Of a stretch of 64,000 nucleotides of DNA, positions 18,436 through 28,263 are shown piece by piece (the first letter of the stretch is position 1; every line of letters starts with the position of its first letter). The notes below the pieces were generated by a model. The model was not told where the DNA came from and ran no database searches. It saw nothing but the letters and a program-made list of their open reading frames with translations. Source of the stretch: Kiloniellaceae bacterium (GTDB taxonomy: Bacteria > Pseudomonadota > Alphaproteobacteria > Kiloniellales > Kiloniellaceae). The stretch lies in assembly GCA_048268885.1 (NCBI GenBank), contig JBLWUP010000028.1, positions 6,315 to 70,314 of the forward strand, in the 5' to 3' direction. Made by a program: the position numbers and the translations under genes.

Positions 18436-21393
18436 ATGTCAACAATGAGCGGCGGCGGCGACCTGGCCGGAGTGCTGGAAAAGAACGTCGAAGGGGAGGT
18501 GCTCTTCGACCTCTTCAGCCGTGGCCGCTACGCGACCGATGCGTCGATCTATCAGGTGGTGCCGCTGGGCGTGGTGGTGCCCAGAACCTGGGGCGACGTG
18601 GAGGCGACCCTGCAGATCGCGCGGGAGGCCGGGGTGCCGGTGCTGCCGCGCGGCGGTGGCACTTCGCAGTGCGGCCAGACGGTCAACCGCGCCGTGGTCA
18701 TGGACCTCTCCAAGCACCTCAGCAACATTGTCTCCGTCGATGCCGAGGCGCAGACCTGCGTGGTCGAGCCCGGCCTGGTGCTGGACCATCTGAACGCGGC
18801 CTTGAAGCCCAGCGGCCTGTGGTTCCCGGTCGACGTCTCCACCGCCTCGCGCGCCACGCTCGGTGGTATGGCCGCGAACAACTCCTGCGGCTCGCGTTCG
18901 ATTCGCTACGGCCTGATGCGCGACAATGTGCAGTCCATCGATGCGCTGCTGGCCGACGGCAGCAAGGCGACTTTCGGCGAGGTGCGCCGCGACGCGGGCC
19001 AGGGCCTGCACGACAACAATGCCGTGGCGACCCTGTTCCAGGATCTGCTCGACCTCGGCGGGCGCGAGGCGGAGGAGATCCGCGCGCGTTTCCCGCAGGT
19101 GCTGCGCCGGGTCGGCGGCTACAACATCGACGCGCTGGCGCCGACCCAGGCAGATGGGGGCGAGACCAACAACCTGGCGCACCTGCTGGTCGGCTCGGAA
19201 GGCACCCTCGCGCTGAGTGAGCGCCTCACCCTGAAGCTGTCGCCGATTCTCGCCAACAAGACGCTCGGCGTTTGTCATTTCCCGACGCTCTACGACGCCA
19301 TGGACTCGGCCCAGCACCTGGTGACCCTGGGGCCGACGGCGGTGGAGCTGGTCGACAAGAACATGATCGGACTGAGCCGCGACATCGCCATGTTCCGTCC
19401 GGTGGTCGACCGCTTCGTGCGCGGCGCGCCGGGCGCCATCCTGCTGGTCGAGTTCGCCGAGGAGGACCAGGACGAGAACCTGCGCCGCCTGAAGGCGCTG
19501 GGCGACATGATGGCGCAGCTCGGCTACCGCTGGGGGGACCCGGGCAAGAAGGACGGCGGCGTGGTGGAGGCCGTCGACCCCGGCTTCCAGAAACAGATCT
19601 GGGAGGTCCGCAAGCAGGGCCTCAACATCATGATGTCGATGAAGTCGGAGCGGAAGCCGGTGTCCTTCGTCGAGGACTGCGCGGTCGAACTGCCCGACCT
19701 GGCCGAGTACACCCGGCGGCTCACCGAGATATTCCACAAGCACGGCACCGACGGCACCTGGTATGCCCATGCCTCGGTCGGCACCCTGCACGTGCGCCCG
19801 GTGCTGAACCTGAAGCTGGATCAGGACGTGAAGGCGATGCGGGCCATCGCCGAAGAAGCCTTCGAGATGGTCCGCGGGTACAAGGGCTCGCACTCCGGCG
19901 AGCACGGCGACGGCATCGTGCGCTCGGAGTTTCATCGCGAGATGTTCGGCGAGCGCATGGTCGAGAGCTTCGAGTGGGTGAAGGACCGCATGGACCCGGA
20001 GGGCGTCCTGAACCCGGGCCGCGTGGTGCGCCCGCCGAAGATGGACGACCGCGCCCTGTTCCGCTTCGACCCGGACTACCACGTGCCGGAATTTGAGACC
20101 GTCTTCGACTGGTCGGCCTACAAGGGGGCCGGCAACGGCTTCCAGGGCGCCGTCGAGATGTGCAACAACAACGGCGCCTGCCGCAAGGTCGACGGCGTCA
20201 TGTGCCCTTCCTACCGCGTGACGCGCAACGAGCGGGACCTGACCCGCGGGCGCGCCAACACCCTGCGCCTGGCGATTTCCGGCCAGCTCGGCGAGGACGC
20301 CTTCACCTCCGAGGAGATGGCCGAGACCCTGTCGCTCTGCGTTTCCTGCAAGGGCTGCAAGCGCGAGTGCCCGACCGGCGTCGACATGGCCAAGATGAAG
20401 ATCGAGGTTCTGGCGGCGCGGGCCGCGAAGCAGGGCGTCGCGCTGCGCGAGATGCTGGTCGCCTACCTGCCGCGCTATGCGCCCTATGCGGCCAAGGCGC
20501 CCTGGCTGCCGAACCTGCGCGACCGCCTGCCCGGCATGGCTGCCTTGTCGCAGCGCTTCTTCGGCCTGGCCGCCGACCGCAAGCTGCCGCGCTGGCGTGG
20601 CGACGTCTACCGCCAGAAGGCCCTGCCGGTGCAGGGCGACGAAGTCCTGTTCTTCGCCGACACCTTCAACCGCTACTTCGAGCCGGACAACCTGCGCGAC
20701 GCCGAGACGGTACTGCTGCGCGCCGGCCTGGCGCCGGTCGAGGCCAAGCCCGACGATGGCGGCCGCCCGCTGTGCTGCGGCCGGACTTTCCTGGCCGCCG
20801 GCCTGGTGGAGGAAGCCAAGGCGGAGATGCGGCGCAGCCTGGCGGTGATCGGCCATGCCGTCGACCGCGGCGTGCCGGTGGTCGGCCTGGAGCCCTCCTG
20901 CCTGCTGACCTTCCGCGACGAGGCCCCGGCGCTGCTGGGCGCGGAATGGACGGCCGAGCAGGCGAAGAAGGTGATGCTCTTCGAGGAGTTCATCGCCGCG
21001 CGCCTCGGCCCGGAGGGCGGTGGCTTCGAGCTGCCGCTGGCGCCCCTGCCGGGCGGCGCGGCGCTGCTGCACGGCCACTGCCACCAGAAGGCCTTCAATG
21101 CCGTGGCGCCCGTCGAGCAGGTGCTGGGCCTCGTGCCCGACCTGGACGTGGAGCTGGTGCAGTCGTCCTGCTGCGGCATGGCCGGCAATTTCGGTTATCA
21201 GGCGGAAACCGCGGAAATCTCCCGCCAGATGGGCGAACTCAGCCTGTTGCCGCGGGTGCGGGCGGCGGGGGCGGAGGCCCTGGTCGTCGCCGACGGGACC
21301 TCCTGCCGTCACCAGATCGCCGACGGCGCCGGGCGCGAGGCGATCCACGTCGCACGCCTGCTTCGCGAATCCTCCGACCTTGCGCTAAACTAG
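18436..21393 (+). CDS. FAD-linked/Fe-S 2-hydroxyacid dehydrogenase (GlcD+GlcF-like fusion, YdiJ/Dld-II family)
   Basis: PRGGGTSQCGQ, GSEGTL, HASVGTLH, SGEHGDG, CNNNGACRK, CVSCKGCKRECP, CCG and HGHCHQK Cys-rich domains. Confidence 0.9.
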   Translation: MSTMSGGGDLAGVLEKNVEGEVLFDLFSRGRYATDASIYQVVPLGVVVPRTWGDVEATLQIAREAGVPVLPRGGGTSQCGQTVNRAVVMDLSKHLSNIVSVDAEAQTCVVEPGLVLDHLNAALKPSGLWFPVDVSTASRATLGGMAANNSCGSRSIRYGLMRDNVQSIDALLADGSKATFGEVRRDAGQGLHDNNAVATLFQDLLDLGGREAEEIRARFPQVLRRVGGYNIDALAPTQADGGETNNLAHLLVGSEGTLALSERLTLKLSPILANKTLGVCHFPTLYDAMDSAQHLVTLGPTAVELVDKNMIGLSRDIAMFRPVVDRFVRGAPGAILLVEFAEEDQDENLRRLKALGDMMAQLGYRWGDPGKKDGGVVEAVDPGFQKQIWEVRKQGLNIMMSMKSERKPVSFVEDCAVELPDLAEYTRRLTEIFHKHGTDGTWYAHASVGTLHVRPVLNLKLDQDVKAMRAIAEEAFEMVRGYKGSHSGEHGDGIVRSEFHREMFGERMVESFEWVKDRMDPEGVLNPGRVVRPPKMDDRALFRFDPDYHVPEFETVFDWSAYKGAGNGFQGAVEMCNNNGACRKVDGVMCPSYRVTRNERDLTRGRANTLRLAISGQLGEDAFTSEEMAETLSLCVSCKGCKRECPTGVDMAKMKIEVLAARAAKQGVALREMLVAYLPRYAPYAAKAPWLPNLRDRLPGMAALSQRFFGLAADRKLPRWRGDVYRQKALPVQGDEVLFFADTFNRYFEPDNLRDAETVLLRAGLAPVEAKPDDGGRPLCCGRTFLAAGLVEEAKAEMRRSLAVIGHAVDRGVPVVGLEPSCLLTFRDEAPALLGAEWTAEQAKKVMLFEEFIAARLGPEGGGFELPLAPLPGGAALLHGHCHQKAFNAVAPVEQVLGLVPDLDVELVQSSCCGMAGNFGYQAETAEISRQMGELSLLPRVRAAGAEALVVADGTSCRHQIADGAGREAIHVARLLRESSDLALN

Positions 21394-21429
21394 CGGAGCA
21401 AAAAAGGACGCAGGCATGAGCATCGACCC

Positions 21430-22095
21430 ATGACCATAGACGTTGCAGCCCCCATTCAAAGGCGCCCGCTTCACAACGAACTGGCCGATCGCCTGCGCCA
21501 CATGATCGTCGAGGGCGAGCTCGCCCCCGGCGAAAAGCTGGCGGAGAAGGAGCTTTGCGGCCAGTTCGGCGTGTCGCGCACGCCGCTGCGCGAAGCCATG
21601 AAGGTGCTGGCCACCGAGGGCTTGGTGCTGCTGACGCCCAACCGCGGCTGCGCCGTCGCTAAGTTGACCCTGGCCGACCTGAACGAGGCTTTCCCGATCA
21701 TGGGCGCTCTGGAGGCCTTGTCCGGCGAGCTGGCCTGCCAGCACATCACCGACGCGGAGCTGGCGCGCATCCAGGAACTGCACGAGCGTATGGTCCGCAA
21801 GTACGAAAGCGGCGCCTTGCGGGACTACTTCAAGCTCAACGAGCAGATTCACCAGATGATTCTCGACGCCGCGTGCAACCCGACCCTGGCGCAGATGCAG
21901 CTCAGCCTTTCCGGGCGGGTGCGCCGCGCGCGCTACATGGCCAACATGTCGCCGGCGCGCTGGGCCAAGGCGGTGGCCGAGCACGAAAAAATCCTGGAGG
22001 CCCTGAAGGCGCGTGACGGCAAGCGCCTCGCCGTGCTGTTGAAGGAGCACCTCGCCAACAAGCTGCAGACCGTGAAGGACGCCCTCACGGAGTAG
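21430..22095 (+). CDS. GntR family (FadR/FCD) transcriptional regulator
   Basis: wHTH FGVSRTPLREA plus FCD domain with His residues (FHQ, EHE). Confidence 0.92.
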   Translation: MTIDVAAPIQRRPLHNELADRLRHMIVEGELAPGEKLAEKELCGQFGVSRTPLREAMKVLATEGLVLLTPNRGCAVAKLTLADLNEAFPIMGALEALSGELACQHITDAELARIQELHERMVRKYESGALRDYFKLNEQIHQMILDAACNPTLAQMQLSLSGRVRRARYMANMSPARWAKAVAEHEKILEALKARDGKRLAVLLKEHLANKLQTVKDALTE

Positions 22096-22180
22096 CGCTC
22101 CCTGTCTCATGAGGACTATGCAGCGCCCGCGGGATCGGGTGTATGCTGCTGGTCGGCCGAGACGGTTGGAGGAGGCGGCG

Positions 22181-23059
22181 ATGGGCCGCGAGGTGTTGAG
22201 CGAGGATCAGGTCCGCTTCTACCGGGACAACGGCTATCTGCTTCTGGAAAAGCGGATCCCCGGGGAAATGCTGGAGCGGCTGCGCGGCGAGATCGCCCGC
22301 TTCGTCGCCGGCGCGCGCGGCATGACCGCCTCCGATGACTGCCTCGACCTGGAAGACAGCCACACGCCGGACAACCCGCGCGTCCGGCGTATCAAGCTGC
22401 CGCACAAGCTGTCACCGGTTTTCGCCGAGCTCATGCGCTCCGACTGGATGCTGGCGCCGGTGCGCGATCTGATCGGGCCCGACCTGCGCCTGCACACCTC
22501 CAAGCTCAACATGAAGTCGGCGGGCTACGGCGCCGCGGTGGAGTGGCACCAGGACTGGGCCTTTTATCCCCACACCAACGACGACATCCTGGCGGTCGGG
22601 GTCATCATCGACGACATGGCCGAGGAGAACGGGCCGCTGATGGTCTTCCCCGGAAGCCACAAGGGGCCGGTCTACGACCACCACGCCGGCGGCTACTTCG
22701 CGGGGGCCATGAACCTTGCCGAAAACGGGCTGGACATGAAGGACGCGGCGACCCTCACCGGTCCGGCGGGCTCGATCTCGCTGCACCACGTGCGCGCGGT
22801 GCACGGCTCGGCACCGAACCGCTCGGCCCGTGACCGGCGCATGGCGTTCTACGAGATCACGGCGGCGGATGCTTTCCCGATCAACGGCAGCATGTCGAAG
22901 ATGGAGAGCCTGGAGGAATACGACAGCCGCCTGCTGTGCGGGGAAGGGACCACGACGCCGCGCCTGACGGCGGTGCCGGTGCGCATGCCCTTGCCGCAGC
23001 CGCCCACCGTGGGCTCGATCTATGAAATCCAGAAAACGATGACGGCGCGGAACTTCTAG
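22181..23059 (+). CDS. PhyH-family Fe(II)/2-oxoglutarate dioxygenase
   Basis: ATG 22181 after GGAGG; WHQD facial-triad start, HGSAPNRSARDRR. Confidence 0.88.
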   Translation: MGREVLSEDQVRFYRDNGYLLLEKRIPGEMLERLRGEIARFVAGARGMTASDDCLDLEDSHTPDNPRVRRIKLPHKLSPVFAELMRSDWMLAPVRDLIGPDLRLHTSKLNMKSAGYGAAVEWHQDWAFYPHTNDDILAVGVIIDDMAEENGPLMVFPGSHKGPVYDHHAGGYFAGAMNLAENGLDMKDAATLTGPAGSISLHHVRAVHGSAPNRSARDRRMAFYEITAADAFPINGSMSKMESLEEYDSRLLCGEGTTTPRLTAVPVRMPLPQPPTVGSIYEIQKTMTARNF

Positions 23060-23123
23060 AGGCGCGGCCTGAGCGCTGGGCCTTAACGCTGGACCTGAGC
23101 GCCCGGACGGCGTCCCGGCGGCC

Positions 23124-24443
23124 TTATTGAACCGCCGTGCCGCGCGGCTTGCTCGCCGGGGAGGCCGCCGGACGCCGGCGGTCCGCTTCCGGCTCTGCGT
23201 CGTTGTCGGCTTCCCTGTCCAAGTCCACCGGCGTCATGCCGCCGCCCTCAAGCGGCACGCGGCCGTCGATGCCCAGCAGCTGCATGGTGGTTTCCAACGG
23301 CGTGCGGCTGCCGTCGGGCAGCTGCGGCAGGCTTGCCTGGGACGGGGCCTGCACGGCCTCGTCGTCGAAGGCGTGGCGCAGTTCGGCGCCGAGACGCTCG
23401 GCGCGCTGCCAGTCGGCGACCACGCTGTCGAGCAGTCGCTCGGCGCCGGCATTGTGCAGCTTGATGCCGTCGAAATAGGGTTCCTCGAAGCTGCGGTACA
23501 TGATCGCGACATGCTGGCCGCCTTCCAGGTAGCCGGGCATCAGGCCGCTGCAGGCATAGCCCCAGCCGCGCAGCAGCTCCACCGCCGCGGCCCCTTCGGG
23601 ATTGCCGAGGTTGATGAAGACCTGAAAGCTGCGCCGTCCGGCGGCCTCCGCTTCGGCTTCATGCTCGCCGACCAGGGACCAGAAGTCGCTGCCGGCGCGG
23701 CGCACCAGCAGGCGCGCCATGTCGAAGCGCGGCATGTCCTTGGCCTCGCAGATGCTGGGGCGGCCGTCGATGCCGGTCGCCAGGGTGATCTGGCGGTGGC
23801 CGCTGACCGAGGCGTCGTTCAGCAGGCGGGCGAACCACAGGGCATAGGAGGGCGGCAGGTGGCAGGGGGCATGCACCGTGCGGCCGAGGTCGAGGTACTG
23901 CAGCAAGGTGGCGGCGGGTCCCCCGGCGCCTTCCTGGACCAGCATGCGCTGCGGCACGTAGTCGACCTCCATGCCCACGTCGCGGAAACCCAGTTTGCAG
24001 GTGACCTTCTGGGAGACGATGTGGTTGGTCAGCGAAATGCCGAGGATCGCCTGGGCCCCCAGGGTGGTGCGGGCGAACTCCAGCGCCCGCTCGATCATGC
24101 GGACAAAGATGCCGGATTTGCGGTGATCGGGGGTGACGATGCCCTGGCACAATTCCACCACGCCGCGATTCGGCGAGGAGAAGGCCAGGGCGATGTGCCC
24201 GGCGATGTCCCCTTCGGGATCGCGGGCGACGAAGGAGATCTGCGCGCCGGAGGTGATCAGTTCCACGAAGGCCTGGGGATCGTAGACCAGGGGGCTGAGG
24301 TAGTCCTTGCCGTAGACCGCGGTGAAGGCGCGGGGGATGTCGGGTGCGTCCGCGGCCGTGAAGCCCGCAATGGTATAGCCGCCGTCCTCATGGGACAGCG
24401 GTGGCATCAAGACATCGATCTCGGATAAGGATGATTCGATCAT
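23124..24443 (-). CDS. GNAT-fold acetyltransferase-like protein of unknown function
   Basis: GIVTPDHRKSGIF resembles GNAT motif A; KLGF motif B; long C-terminal extension. Confidence 0.6.
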   Translation of the reverse strand: MIESSLSEIDVLMPPLSHEDGGYTIAGFTAADAPDIPRAFTAVYGKDYLSPLVYDPQAFVELITSGAQISFVARDPEGDIAGHIALAFSSPNRGVVELCQGIVTPDHRKSGIFVRMIERALEFARTTLGAQAILGISLTNHIVSQKVTCKLGFRDVGMEVDYVPQRMLVQEGAGGPAATLLQYLDLGRTVHAPCHLPPSYALWFARLLNDASVSGHRQITLATGIDGRPSICEAKDMPRFDMARLLVRRAGSDFWSLVGEHEAEAEAAGRRSFQVFINLGNPEGAAAVELLRGWGYACSGLMPGYLEGGQHVAIMYRSFEEPYFDGIKLHNAGAERLLDSVVADWQRAERLGAELRHAFDDEAVQAPSQASLPQLPDGSRTPLETTMQLLGIDGRVPLEGGGMTPVDLDREADNDAEPEADRRRPAASPASKPRGTAVQ

Positions 24444-24601
24444 AACCCCCCCCCCTCGTAGGTCGCGACAGTGAATTCCGCGAATTCACGCAACTACAGG
24501 TGAGAGGTTACTTGGATAAAATTAAAATAAAATTGAGTCTATCGTGTAAACGTTTTGTTTACCCGCGACTTAGCGAAGTGATATGGTTAATTTCTGGAAT
24601 A

Positions 24602-25081
24602 CTAGGTAAATATTTTCTTACCGTCACTATCGAAGAACTGGGCGAATCCAAGGATTCGCTCGACCCCCGCATCATCCCCGAAAGGCAGAAGAATCCGCTC
24701 AAACTGGACCTCCGAGCCGCGTTCCCGCCACGTCATCTTGTTGACATCGTAGATGGGGATTTGTTCCTGCATGCAACGTCCGTAGCTGAGCGAAATATCG
24801 CCCCGATTGTCGAAGGGAATCAGCTCGGTCACCTTGCGTCCCGTCACCTCGAAGCCGTAAAGCTCCCGGTAGACGGTGCCGGCCAGGCGGACTTGCAAAG
24901 CGTCGATAGTCCGGCCTTCCACTATGAAAACGCGTGATAGATAGGTGAAAAAGTCCAGCGGATCGAGGGCCTCGCAAGACGGCAGGTGCGCCTCGCCCTT
25001 CTGGCGGAGCCAGTAGTCGCAGAAGAAGCGAACCTCTTCGCAAGCCGTGTCTGGAATTCCTTCCAACGCGATCTTTACCAC
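24602..25081 (-). CDS. Stand-alone PAS-domain protein (PAS_5/DUF1457-like)
   Basis: DYW...KG..HLPS...LDP, VRLAGT..ELYGFEVTG, FERILLPF. Confidence 0.75.
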   Translation of the reverse strand: MVKIALEGIPDTACEEVRFFCDYWLRQKGEAHLPSCEALDPLDFFTYLSRVFIVEGRTIDALQVRLAGTVYRELYGFEVTGRKVTELIPFDNRGDISLSYGRCMQEQIPIYDVNKMTWRERGSEVQFERILLPFGDDAGVERILGFAQFFDSDGKKIFT

Positions 25082-25283
25082 CGGACCCTACTTCTGCTTG
25101 GGTCGGCAAGCCAGCCCTCGGGCATTATCTTGCCGACCTCGATTCAAAACATGCTGCTACCAAGCAGTTCTTCCTTAAAGCAATATGAAGAAGCTTGGAA
25201 GCCATTGAAAATTATACCACACCGCCCCTAAAGGATTACTTGACGCCTCGGGGGGGTGAAAGGGGGGCGGGTGCGGATCGGCT

Positions 25284-25688
25284 TCAATCGCTGTCCCCGC
25301 TTTCCGGATGGCGCGGCAGGTCATCCCTGACATCGAACCAGGGCAGCTGCTCGCTGCAATGCACGTGGCCTTGCGGCTGGTAGTTCTCCGGATCGTCCAG
25401 GCTGGCCGCGTAGAGGTGGATCTCATCCGGATAGCGGTCGGATTCGTAGGCCAGGGGTGAACCGCAGCGGCCGCAGAACAGCCGCCTGACCCCGGGCGAG
25501 GACTCGTAGAGCGCGGGGGCCTTGCCGGCGAAGCGGCAGGCCTCCCGCGGGACGCCGAAAAAGGCGGTGACGGGTGAGGAGGTGCAGCGCCGGCAGCTCT
25601 CGCAATGACAGTAGGCGCGCCAGTTCTCCGGACCGCTGTAGCGGTAGGTCACGTCTCCGCAGAGACAGCGTCCGCTCCTCATCGTCAT
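25284..25688 (-). CDS. GFA/CENP-V family zinc protein
   Basis: GRCLCG, CHCESCRR, FCGRCGSPL. Confidence 0.88.
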   Translation of the reverse strand: MTMRSGRCLCGDVTYRYSGPENWRAYCHCESCRRCTSSPVTAFFGVPREACRFAGKAPALYESSPGVRRLFCGRCGSPLAYESDRYPDEIHLYAASLDDPENYQPQGHVHCSEQLPWFDVRDDLPRHPESGDSD

Positions 25689-25741
25689 CTCGGCGTCACT
25701 CCCGGCGGGGTCCTGCCGTTGCGCCGGCTGTTGTGCAGGCG

Positions 25742-26251
25742 CTAGCGGGCCATGTTGTCGGGATCGAGTTCCTGGTAGACCTCATCGACCATCCAGTCGC
25801 GGATAACCTCCGGAATGTCCTGCTCGGTGAAGCTGCTCTGCACCGCCGGATCGGAGGCGAAGGCGGCGAGGTGCGCCAGCTCCTCCCCATTCAAATCGAT
25901 CTGGTAGCCCATCTCCATCTCCTGCAGCAGGATCATGGTCGGGGCCCCGCGCCACATGCGGGCGACGAAGTCGAAGACATCGAAGTAGGCCTGATCACTG
26001 TCGGCGTCCAGGGCGGGCGCCGCCTTGCCGCCGACACCGTTGACCGAGTGACAGACGACGCAGCCCTTGCCGACGAAAAGCTTTTTGCCTTCCGCGGCAT
26101 TGGCCAGGGGCAGGGCCAGCTTGCGGGCGGAGGATGCCATGGCGTCCTGGGCCAGTGCCGGGCCCGAACCGGTGAGGGCGAAGGCGGCGAGCAGCATCCC
26201 GAGAAGGACGCGGGAGCCGGCTCTCTTGGGGGCGGCAGCAGCGGGAACCAT
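25742..26251 (-). CDS. Periplasmic monoheme c-type cytochrome
   Basis: Signal peptide, GCVVCH heme motif, ARMW..APTM segment. Confidence 0.8.
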   Translation of the reverse strand: MVPAAAAPKRAGSRVLLGMLLAAFALTGSGPALAQDAMASSARKLALPLANAAEGKKLFVGKGCVVCHSVNGVGGKAAPALDADSDQAYFDVFDFVARMWRGAPTMILLQEMEMGYQIDLNGEELAHLAAFASDPAVQSSFTEQDIPEVIRDWMVDEVYQELDPDNMAR

Positions 26252-26378
26252 AGGGCCAATCCTTTCAGACAGTGTATTCCATTACCCAGCGAACACAGTG
26301 GTAGCATTGCAAGGCGAGTCGAGGATAGCCTGATTGGCCGCCGCGGCGTGGCGGCGGTTTGGAAGGGAGAAAAGCGCT

Positions 26379-26819
26379 TTGTTCAAGAGTGTCAGGACCT
26401 TTTCGGTCTTAACGGTCCTGGCGGCCGCCGTGGCGGCCTGTTCGCTTGTGACCGAGGAAAGCGATGAGGCGGCGGAGCGGCTTTACGACATAACCTGGGT
26501 CGCCGAGGAGGTGAGCGGGCAGCCGGTCGCCCTCGGGGTCGAATCGAACCTGCTGGTGGCCGCCGACGGCAAGGTCAGCGGCAACGCCGGCTGCAACGGC
26601 TATTTCGGCTCGGTGATCATCGACGGCCAGGCGATGTCCTTCGGCAACCTCGGCTCCACCAAGATTGCCTGTCCCGAACCGGCCATGAGCCAGGAAAACC
26701 GCCTGCTCGGTGCCCTCGACAGTACCCGCGGGTACCGCTTGCAGAACGGCAATCTGCTGCTGCTCGATGGCGCGGGGGCCACGCTGGTGCGCTTCCGTCA
26801 GGGGGCCCGGTCCGGCTAG
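26379..26819 (+). CDS. META/HslJ-domain lipoprotein
   Basis: TTG 26379 after AGGGAG; lipobox VAAC; GNAGCNGYFG, STKIAC. Confidence 0.82.
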   Translation: MFKSVRTFSVLTVLAAAVAACSLVTEESDEAAERLYDITWVAEEVSGQPVALGVESNLLVAADGKVSGNAGCNGYFGSVIIDGQAMSFGNLGSTKIACPEPAMSQENRLLGALDSTRGYRLQNGNLLLLDGAGATLVRFRQGARSG

Positions 26820-27754
26820 TCGGCATCCTTGTCGTCTTGCGGCTCCGCAAAGGCCCCGCAGGGGTCCTTCTCGTCGACCCGGGGGGTAAACCAGACATAG
26901 TCGAAGAGGCGCGGGTCGAAGGAGGGGTAGTCCGCCGCGTTGTCACGGTCGGCAACGACCTCCACCAGCGCCACCGTCACGCTTTCACCGTCCAGGTACC
27001 AGGGCACGGCGCGGTCTTCGCGCACGTGGCCGCTGCCGGCGATGAGGACCGCGCCCTCGGCGTCGAGCGGCGGCGCCTTGGCCTGCTGCATGGCGGCGGC
27101 CATCCAGATGTCCCAGAAGCGCTGCACCTCTGCCATGGGCGCCAGCGCCGTCTCCGGCAGGGCGCCGCAATGACTCGCCGCAAGCTCCTCACGCAGCTCG
27201 GCCTGCATTGCGGCGGAGTAGCGCTTTGCCGACGTCAGGCGGGCGGTGACTTCCTCCGGCAGGTCCTCACCGCGGGCGAGGGCGCGCACCTGCTGTTGGG
27301 CAGGCTTGCCGGGCAGCATGGGCAGCCCCTCGGCCAGGGCGGCCTCGGCGATCGGCTGATATTCGGCCCAGGCGGGCCAGCCGCGGGCCTGCCAGTCCAG
27401 GGCCTCGCCCAGCTCGGCGACGCTCTCCGCGCGCGCGGCCGCCAGGGCGTCGGCGTGCTCCGGCTCGGCCATCTCCCAGACGACAGCCAGACGCCGCCCG
27501 CTGCGCCCCAGCGCGGCGACAACCCGCGCCTGCAGGCGGTGGTGTTCCGCATTGTCGTGTTTCTCGCCGACGAGAACCCAGTCGGCAGCCGCCGCCTCGC
27601 GGAGCAGAACGTCTTCGCCGACGGCTTTGCCGCTGCGGGTGTCCCACAGGGTGCCGTTCAGCGGATGGTCGGGATAAAGCGTGGCCGGCGCCGCCATGGC
27701 GCTGGCCGGTCCCAGGACGCAAGTCAGCGCCGCCGCAAAAAGAAATCTACTCAA
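26816..27754 (-). CDS. ChaN-family protein (heme/iron-uptake associated, EreA-like fold)
   Basis: VLVGEKHDNAEHH, WEM, GW..W..Y.P, SHCG, IAGSGHV; start uncertain (TTG 27754 gives a signal peptide). Confidence 0.78.
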   Translation of the reverse strand: MSRFLFAAALTCVLGPASAMAAPATLYPDHPLNGTLWDTRSGKAVGEDVLLREAAAADWVLVGEKHDNAEHHRLQARVVAALGRSGRRLAVVWEMAEPEHADALAAARAESVAELGEALDWQARGWPAWAEYQPIAEAALAEGLPMLPGKPAQQQVRALARGEDLPEEVTARLTSAKRYSAAMQAELREELAASHCGALPETALAPMAEVQRFWDIWMAAAMQQAKAPPLDAEGAVLIAGSGHVREDRAVPWYLDGESVTVALVEVVADRDNAADYPSFDPRLFDYVWFTPRVDEKDPCGAFAEPQDDKDAD

Positions 27755-27855
27755 CAGACCGCCACCCGCTTCCTGGTGCTTCCAGGCTTCTAAGTTGGGC
27801 AGCGGGCCGGCGGCGTCAAGCAATGTTCTGCGCGCGACGCGCCGTCGGGTGATCT

Positions 27856-28131
27856 CTAGGCCGTCGAGCGGCTGGCGTTTTCCGGGGGCGCCGAAGGCCC
27901 CGCGGCGCCCTGGCGCGCCTGGCGGTGACGGTTCACCACCATGCGGTCGTGCAGCCGCGTGATCGCCTGGCTGCCGGTCTTTTCGAAGAGAAAGGGCAGC
28001 AGCGCGTGGATGAGGCACGCGAGGGAGGCCAGCATCATGCGCCAGGAAAAGCCCCAGGCCTGGCCCAGGTGCTGCCAATAGGTCTCGCCGACGATGGCGG
28101 GGTGTTCGGTAAAGAGGTTGCGGAAGGACAA
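27856..28131 (-). CDS. DUF6356-like small membrane protein
   Basis: FTEHPA.VGETYWQH...ACLIHALLPFLF; divergent from an Lrp regulator. Confidence 0.7.
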   Translation of the reverse strand: MSFRNLFTEHPAIVGETYWQHLGQAWGFSWRMMLASLACLIHALLPFLFEKTGSQAITRLHDRMVVNRHRQARQGAAGPSAPPENASRSTA

Positions 28132-28263
28132 GAGGGCTCTCCATGCTCAAGCGGCCCCTTAGAATAGGCCGCCGCCGGCGAAATCGGCTTGCAAATTTCC
28201 TCAAGATTCAGTTATTTGAAGGTATATTTATCCACTTATCACGTTTTTGTGGAATGATATTCC

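Noticed and set aside
23069-23100. TPP riboswitch-like CTGAG...GACCTGA
   Set aside because: Lies between convergent 3' ends and lacks the remaining conserved TPP nucleotides
25284-25688. GFA protein as the formaldehyde-activating enzyme of the xox pathway
   Set aside because: Generic short GFA/CENP-V type, not linked to frmA/fghA or the xox operon
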